Of a DNA stretch of 64,000 nt, positions 59,398 to 64,000 are shown one piece after another. The notes beneath the pieces were generated by a model, which made no database searches, was not told where the DNA came from, and worked only from the letters and a program-made list of their open reading frames with translations. The stretch is taken from assembly GCA_948543815.1 (NCBI GenBank), contig CAOVHW010000002.1, positions 13,888 to 77,887 on the forward strand, read 5' to 3'. The translations under genes and the position numbers were made by a program. This DNA comes from an uncultured Eubacteriales bacterium. GTDB taxonomy: Bacteria > Bacillota > Clostridia > Lachnospirales > CAMVHY01. Within the stretch, counting starts at the first letter, position 1. The number at the start of each line of letters is the position of its first letter.

Positions 59398-60312
59398 GTT
59401 TTTAAAATCATCGTAAGTTTTACATTTATTTATCTCCAAACGTATATGAGATGCGTTGGAGATTTTTTTTGTATACCATGAAAGATGTTTGCGCATTTCA
59501 ATAATATTTCCAGTTTGATTTAAAAGATGTAAATGTTTTTTTGCCATATTTATTTTTTCGATAGGGGAGGGCGGAAGAATTTTTTTACCGCTATTTATGT
59601 ACGTATCAATTTGTTTAAAAATCCATGGATTTCCTAATGCAGCACGTCCAATCATAATTGCATCGCAGTTAGTAAGTTCAAACATTTTTTTAGCATCATC
59701 ACAATTTTTTATGTCGCCATTTCCAATTACGGGAATGGAGACATTTTTTTTTACCTGCGCAATTATTTCCCAGTCGGCATCACCACTATATTCTTGTTTT
59801 GCAGTTCGTCCATGAATACAAATTGCGGATGCACCAGCTTGTTCAATTATTTTTGATATTTCGACAGCGTTTGTGTTGATAAATCCTTTGCAAATTTTTA
59901 CGGTAACAGGTTTTTTTGTAGCGGCCGTACAAGTTTTAACTATGTCAGCAATTAATTTTGGATTTTCTAAAAGTTTAGCACCATCGCCATTATGAATTAT
60001 TTTTTTAGCGGGACAACCCATATTTATATCGATGATTTCAAATTTTTCACTGTCAATTTTTTTAATTGCGGCGTCAAAAATTTTTGGCTCATGTCCAAAC
60101 AATTGAATGACGAGTGGATGATCATTTTCAGTTGTTTCCAAAAGTTTTAATGTATTTTCATTGTCATAATAAATTCCGTTTATGCTTATCATTTCGGAAT
60201 AAGCTAAGCCGCAGGAATTTTCACGGCTTATCGTACGAAATGCAAGATTTGTAATGCCAGCCATTGGCGCTAAAAAAATATTGTTTTTTGTTTCAACGTT
60301 TCTTATTTTCAT
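59365..60312 (-). CDS. dusB: tRNA-dihydrouridine synthase
   Basis: LAPMAGITNLAFR...IDINMGCPAKK...VKIC.G...IHGRT...GNGDI are Dus family motifs. Confidence 0.92.
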   Translation of the reverse strand: MKIRNVETKNNIFLAPMAGITNLAFRTISRENSCGLAYSEMISINGIYYDNENTLKLLETTENDHPLVIQLFGHEPKIFDAAIKKIDSEKFEIIDINMGCPAKKIIHNGDGAKLLENPKLIADIVKTCTAATKKPVTVKICKGFINTNAVEISKIIEQAGASAICIHGRTAKQEYSGDADWEIIAQVKKNVSIPVIGNGDIKNCDDAKKMFELTNCDAIMIGRAALGNPWIFKQIDTYINSGKKILPPSPIEKINMAKKHLHLLNQTGNIIEMRKHLSWYTKKISNASHIRLEINKCKTYDDFKNLLDNIINSLL

Positions 60313-60360
60313 TTTTGCTCCTTGATATTTTTAGTTTGTTTAATTATATTAAAAAAAAAT

Positions 60361-61716
60361 ATGGAGGCGAGAAAAATTTCTGACGATATAATTGCGGCAA
60401 TTTCAACGCCAATTGGAACCGGTGGAATCGGTATTGTTCGAATGAGTGGAACAGGTTCGTTATCACTTCTTAAAAAAATTTTTAAATGCAACTGCAACGA
60501 TTTTCAATCTCATCATATTTATTATGGTTCAATTGTTGACGAAACAGAAAATATTATTGACGAAGTTTTAGTAAATATAATGCTTGCGCCAAAATCGTAT
60601 ACGCGTGAAGATGTTATCGAAATTAATTGCCACGGTGGATTGTTGTGTGTTCAACAAATTTTACAATTGGTTTTAAATAGCGGGGCGAGATTGGCAGAGC
60701 CTGGAGAATTTACAAAGCGTGCATATTTAAATGGACGTTTGGATTTATTACAAGCCGAAGCAGTAATTGATGTCATAAATTCCAAAACGAATTTGTCAAA
60801 ACAAGTTGCTGTCAATCAGTTAAATGGTAGCTTGTCAAATAAAATTAATGAATGTTTGCAAATGATTTTAGATATAATAGCGCGAATAGAAGCCGCCATT
60901 GATTATTCTGATGAGTATGAAATTTTTGATGCGTCTCAGAAAATTTTAAACGTTTCCGAAAAAATTAAAAAATTATTGGATTCGGCGGATGTCGGAAAAA
61001 TTATTCATGATGGAATTAATATCGCAATTGTTGGAAAGCCGAACGTTGGGAAATCTTCACTTTTAAATAATTTGGCGCAAAAAGATTCTGCAATTGTAAC
61101 TGATATCCCGGGCACAACGCGCGATATTATTTGTGAATACATAAATATTGATGGAATATCTGCAAAAATTTTGGATACGGCAGGAATTCATTCAACGGAG
61201 AATGTTGTAGAAAATTTAGGAATAGAAAAGGCAAAACTTTGTGCGCAAAATGCTGATATTATTTTATTGTTGTTTGATTGGTCGCGCGAATTTGATAATG
61301 ATGATAAGAATCTTTTATCGTTTTATAACAGTGAAAAAATTTTATTTGTTGTAAATAAAATTGATTTGCCGCAAAAATTTTTTGCACCGAATAATTTGCA
61401 GTTAATAAAAATATCTGCGAAAAAAAATTTCGGACTTGATGATTTACGAAAAAATATAAAAAAAATTGTTTTCGGTAAAAATATTTTTGACAAAAGTAAC
61501 GAAATTTTTGTATGTAATGTCAGACATAAAACTGCGCTCAAAAATTCTTACGATAGTTTAATGCGTGCTCTTAAAACAATTTCAAACGATTTGCCGATTG
61601 ATTTGACAGTTATAGATTTACGTGACGCTTACGATTTTCTTGGCGAAATTATTGGGCAGTCAGTGAGCGATAAAATTGCAGACGAAATATTTTCAAAATT
61701 TTGTGTCGGAAAGTAG
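60361..61716 (+). CDS. mnmE: tRNA modification GTPase MnmE
   Basis: DIIAAISTPIGTGGIGIVRMSG...GKPNVGKSSLLN...DTAGI...C-terminal FCVGK. Confidence 0.95.
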   Translation: MEARKISDDIIAAISTPIGTGGIGIVRMSGTGSLSLLKKIFKCNCNDFQSHHIYYGSIVDETENIIDEVLVNIMLAPKSYTREDVIEINCHGGLLCVQQILQLVLNSGARLAEPGEFTKRAYLNGRLDLLQAEAVIDVINSKTNLSKQVAVNQLNGSLSNKINECLQMILDIIARIEAAIDYSDEYEIFDASQKILNVSEKIKKLLDSADVGKIIHDGINIAIVGKPNVGKSSLLNNLAQKDSAIVTDIPGTTRDIICEYINIDGISAKILDTAGIHSTENVVENLGIEKAKLCAQNADIILLLFDWSREFDNDDKNLLSFYNSEKILFVVNKIDLPQKFFAPNNLQLIKISAKKNFGLDDLRKNIKKIVFGKNIFDKSNEIFVCNVRHKTALKNSYDSLMRALKTISNDLPIDLTVIDLRDAYDFLGEIIGQSVSDKIADEIFSKFCVGK

Positions 61717-61725
61717 TGATTTATT

Positions 61726-63594
61726 ATGAATTATAATGCCGGATTTTTCGATGTTATTATTGTTGGCGGCGGTCATGCGGGTTGTGAGGCAGCGCTCGCT
61801 TGTGCACGCATTGGTTTAAAAACTGTTTTGTTCGCAATAAATTTGGATTCAATTGCGATGATGCCGTGTAATCCAAATATCGGTGGGACTTCAAAAGGTC
61901 ATCTTGTTCGTGAAATTGATGCGCTTGGCGGTGAAATGGCAAAAAATATTGACAAAACTTTTATTCAATCCAGAATGTTGAACACCGGAAAAGGACCAGC
62001 GGTTTATTCTTTACGTGCGCAAGCTGATAAATTTGAGTATGCGAAGCAAATGAAAAAAACGCTTGAGAATACAAATAATCTTTACATAAAACAAGGTGAA
62101 GTTGTGCAAATTTTAGTCGAAAAAAATAAAGTTTGTGGTGTAATTTTGGAGAGCGGCGCAATTTATAATTCAAAAGCCGTTGTCATTTGTACTGGAACTT
62201 ATTTAAAATCACGCTGTCTTTTTGGACATACTATTATTCAAAGTGGACCGAATGGTTTTAAATCATCAAGCAAACTTGGTGATTCATTAAACAAACTTGG
62301 CATAAAAATGTTTCGGTTTAAGACGGGAACACCAGCACGAATCGATAAGCGCAGCATTGATTTTTCTAAAATGCAAATACAATATGGGGATAAAAAAATT
62401 GTTCCGTTTTCATTTGAAACTTCTTTTTTAGAGCGTGAACAGATTCCCTGCTATCTGACATATACTAATGCACAGACATGTGAAATTATAAAGCAAAATC
62501 TTTCAAAATCACCGATGTATTCAGGAATAATAGAAGGAACGGGGACGCGATATTGTCCATCGATTGAAGATAAAGTTGTAAGATTTTCTGACAAGCTACG
62601 CCATCAAGTTTTTATTGAGCCAGAAGGTGAAAATACAAATGAGATGTATGCGGCAGGTTTGTCAACGTCATTGCCTGAAGATGTACAAATTAAAATGTAT
62701 CGGACAGTAACCGGGCTTGAAAAATGTGAATTTATGCGCACAGGTTATGCAATTGAATATGATTGTATTGATGCGACGCAATTGAAACTTTCACTCGAAT
62801 TTAAAAATATCGCTGGATTATTTAGTGCCGGACAATTTAATGGAAGTTCAGGCTATGAAGAAGCGGCGGCACAGGGAATTATCGCCGGTATAAATGCGGC
62901 AATGTATGTTCAAAAAAAATCGCCGCTGATTATTGACCGTTCTGAAGGATATATTGGCGTATTAATTGATGATATGGTTACGAAAGGAAGCAATGAACCG
63001 TATCGAATGCTGACATCCCGTGCAGAATATAGATTGCTTTTACGTCAGGATAATGCTGATTTACGTTTGACGCCAAAAGGTTTTGAAGTTGGTTTGATAA
63101 AATCAGAGCGATATGAAAAATTTTTGGATAAGCAGGAAAAAATTCGTCGAGAAATTGAACGTGTGTCAAAAGTTTTTATTAAAGCTGATGAAAAAACGAA
63201 TAAAATTTTGTGCGAGCACAACAGTCATGAAATTTCAAACGGACTTTATCTTTCGGAATTAATTAAACGGCCGCAAATGAATTATGAAATTTTGGAAGCA
63301 ATTGATAATGCACGGCCAAATTTAGACGAGCAAGTTCGTGAGCAAGTTAATATCCAAATAAAATATGCGGGATATATAAATCGGCAGATTAATCAAGTTG
63401 AAAAATTTAAACGCCTTGAAAATAAAAAATTACCGTTGTATTTAGATTATAAAAATGTAAAAGGATTAAGTATTGAAGCAGCGGAACATTTAAATAAAAT
63501 TAAACCTGAAAATGTTGGGCAGGCTCTTAGAATTGCTGGCGTTTCTCATGCCGATATCTCAGTCTTACTTATTTTTTTAAAACATCAATCGTGA
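61726..63594 (+). CDS. mnmG: tRNA uridine 5-carboxymethylaminomethyl modification enzyme MnmG
   Basis: [18 protein letters not shown]...[11 protein letters not shown]-like [12 protein letters not shown]...[17 protein letters not shown]. Confidence 0.96.
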   Translation: MNYNAGFFDVIIVGGGHAGCEAALACARIGLKTVLFAINLDSIAMMPCNPNIGGTSKGHLVREIDALGGEMAKNIDKTFIQSRMLNTGKGPAVYSLRAQADKFEYAKQMKKTLENTNNLYIKQGEVVQILVEKNKVCGVILESGAIYNSKAVVICTGTYLKSRCLFGHTIIQSGPNGFKSSSKLGDSLNKLGIKMFRFKTGTPARIDKRSIDFSKMQIQYGDKKIVPFSFETSFLEREQIPCYLTYTNAQTCEIIKQNLSKSPMYSGIIEGTGTRYCPSIEDKVVRFSDKLRHQVFIEPEGENTNEMYAAGLSTSLPEDVQIKMYRTVTGLEKCEFMRTGYAIEYDCIDATQLKLSLEFKNIAGLFSAGQFNGSSGYEEAAAQGIIAGINAAMYVQKKSPLIIDRSEGYIGVLIDDMVTKGSNEPYRMLTSRAEYRLLLRQDNADLRLTPKGFEVGLIKSERYEKFLDKQEKIRREIERVSKVFIKADEKTNKILCEHNSHEISNGLYLSELIKRPQMNYEILEAIDNARPNLDEQVREQVNIQIKYAGYINRQINQVEKFKRLENKKLPLYLDYKNVKGLSIEAAEHLNKIKPENVGQALRIAGVSHADISVLLIFLKHQS

Positions 63595-63625
63595 AAAAAA
63601 ATGAAAAATGATTGGAGTGATAATT

Positions 63626-64000
63626 ATGAATAGTGGCTACGGATTTTTTTTACCGCTTGAATCTAAATTTATTAATATCAAAATCGATTTTAATCTTAAA
63701 CGTTATAGTAATCTTATTGGCCCATTTTTTCAGATTGAGAATGAAAATAGTATGGTTGATTTTTTTTTACGTACTCTATTTAATTCGTCAATTGATGAGG
63801 CAAAAAAATTTATTAGTCCCGATATTGATGAGTTTTTAGATTTAGATGAAGTAAAAAAATATTTTGATACTGATTGGATTTGTATTTCACGTGGTAATTT
63901 TAAGCAGCGTCATCATTTTGTAAATTCAGTTTTATTTTTTAATAAGGTGACAGGTTCATCCGACATAATTGATTTTTATTTAATAAATCAACCGGATAAA
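63626..64000 (+). CDS. hypothetical protein (5' part; runs off window)
   Basis: Hand-called open frame from the ATG at 63626 (GGAGTG 8 nt upstream) to the window end: MNSGYGFFLPLESKFINIKIDFNLKRYSNLIGPFFQIENEN... No family recognised. Confidence 0.45.
   Translation, partial: MNSGYGFFLPLESKFINIKIDFNLKRYSNLIGPFFQIENENSMVDFFLRTLFNSSIDEAKKFISPDIDEFLDLDEVKKYFDTDWICISRGNFKQRHHFVNSVLFFNKVTGSSDIIDFYLINQPDK

Overview
Very AT-rich, tightly packed chromosomal segment from an endospore-forming Firmicute (Clostridia-like), using the standard genetic code. Most of the window is recognisable housekeeping and sporulation content. Minus strand: sigK, ackA, pta, eno, gpmI, tpiA, rsmA, glyQS, spoIIE, tatD, lepA, a spoVB-like flippase and dusB. 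Plus strand: aroC, a carD-like regulator, a CspBA-like double subtilisin, murC, thiN, lepB, secD, secF, recJ, apt, smpB, yabP, yabQ, divIC, ispE, mnmE and mnmG. There are four tRNA genes (Cys, Glu and Asn on minus; Arg-CCU on plus). I saw no transposase, integrase, CRISPR array or rRNA. The content I cannot place is listed below.

- **Paralog family:** three large paralogous cytoplasmic proteins (about 680, 982 and 856 aa) all start MSE from a conserved RBS/start context. They are wedged between eno, pta-ackA and sigK. The two tandem copies share a roughly 270-nt tract of much higher identity than their flanks.
- **Gly/Ala-zipper proteins:** two membrane proteins share the same three-part architecture. 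One is convergent with an orphan 593-aa protein that has a near-consensus promoter.
- **Hairpin repeat:** a two-copy bipartite hairpin element shows compensatory stem changes.
- **ORF-free stretch:** about 1.1 kb without ORFs ends in a decayed amidase pseudogene next to the tRNA cluster.
- **In-frame stop:** a DUF4116-like protein and a metallophosphoesterase domain are separated only by an in-frame TAA, and the downstream domain has no canonical start.

I also hand-called several small genes missing from the ORF track (YvrJ-like, DUF1540-like). All functional calls rest on motif recognition by eye. No database search was run.
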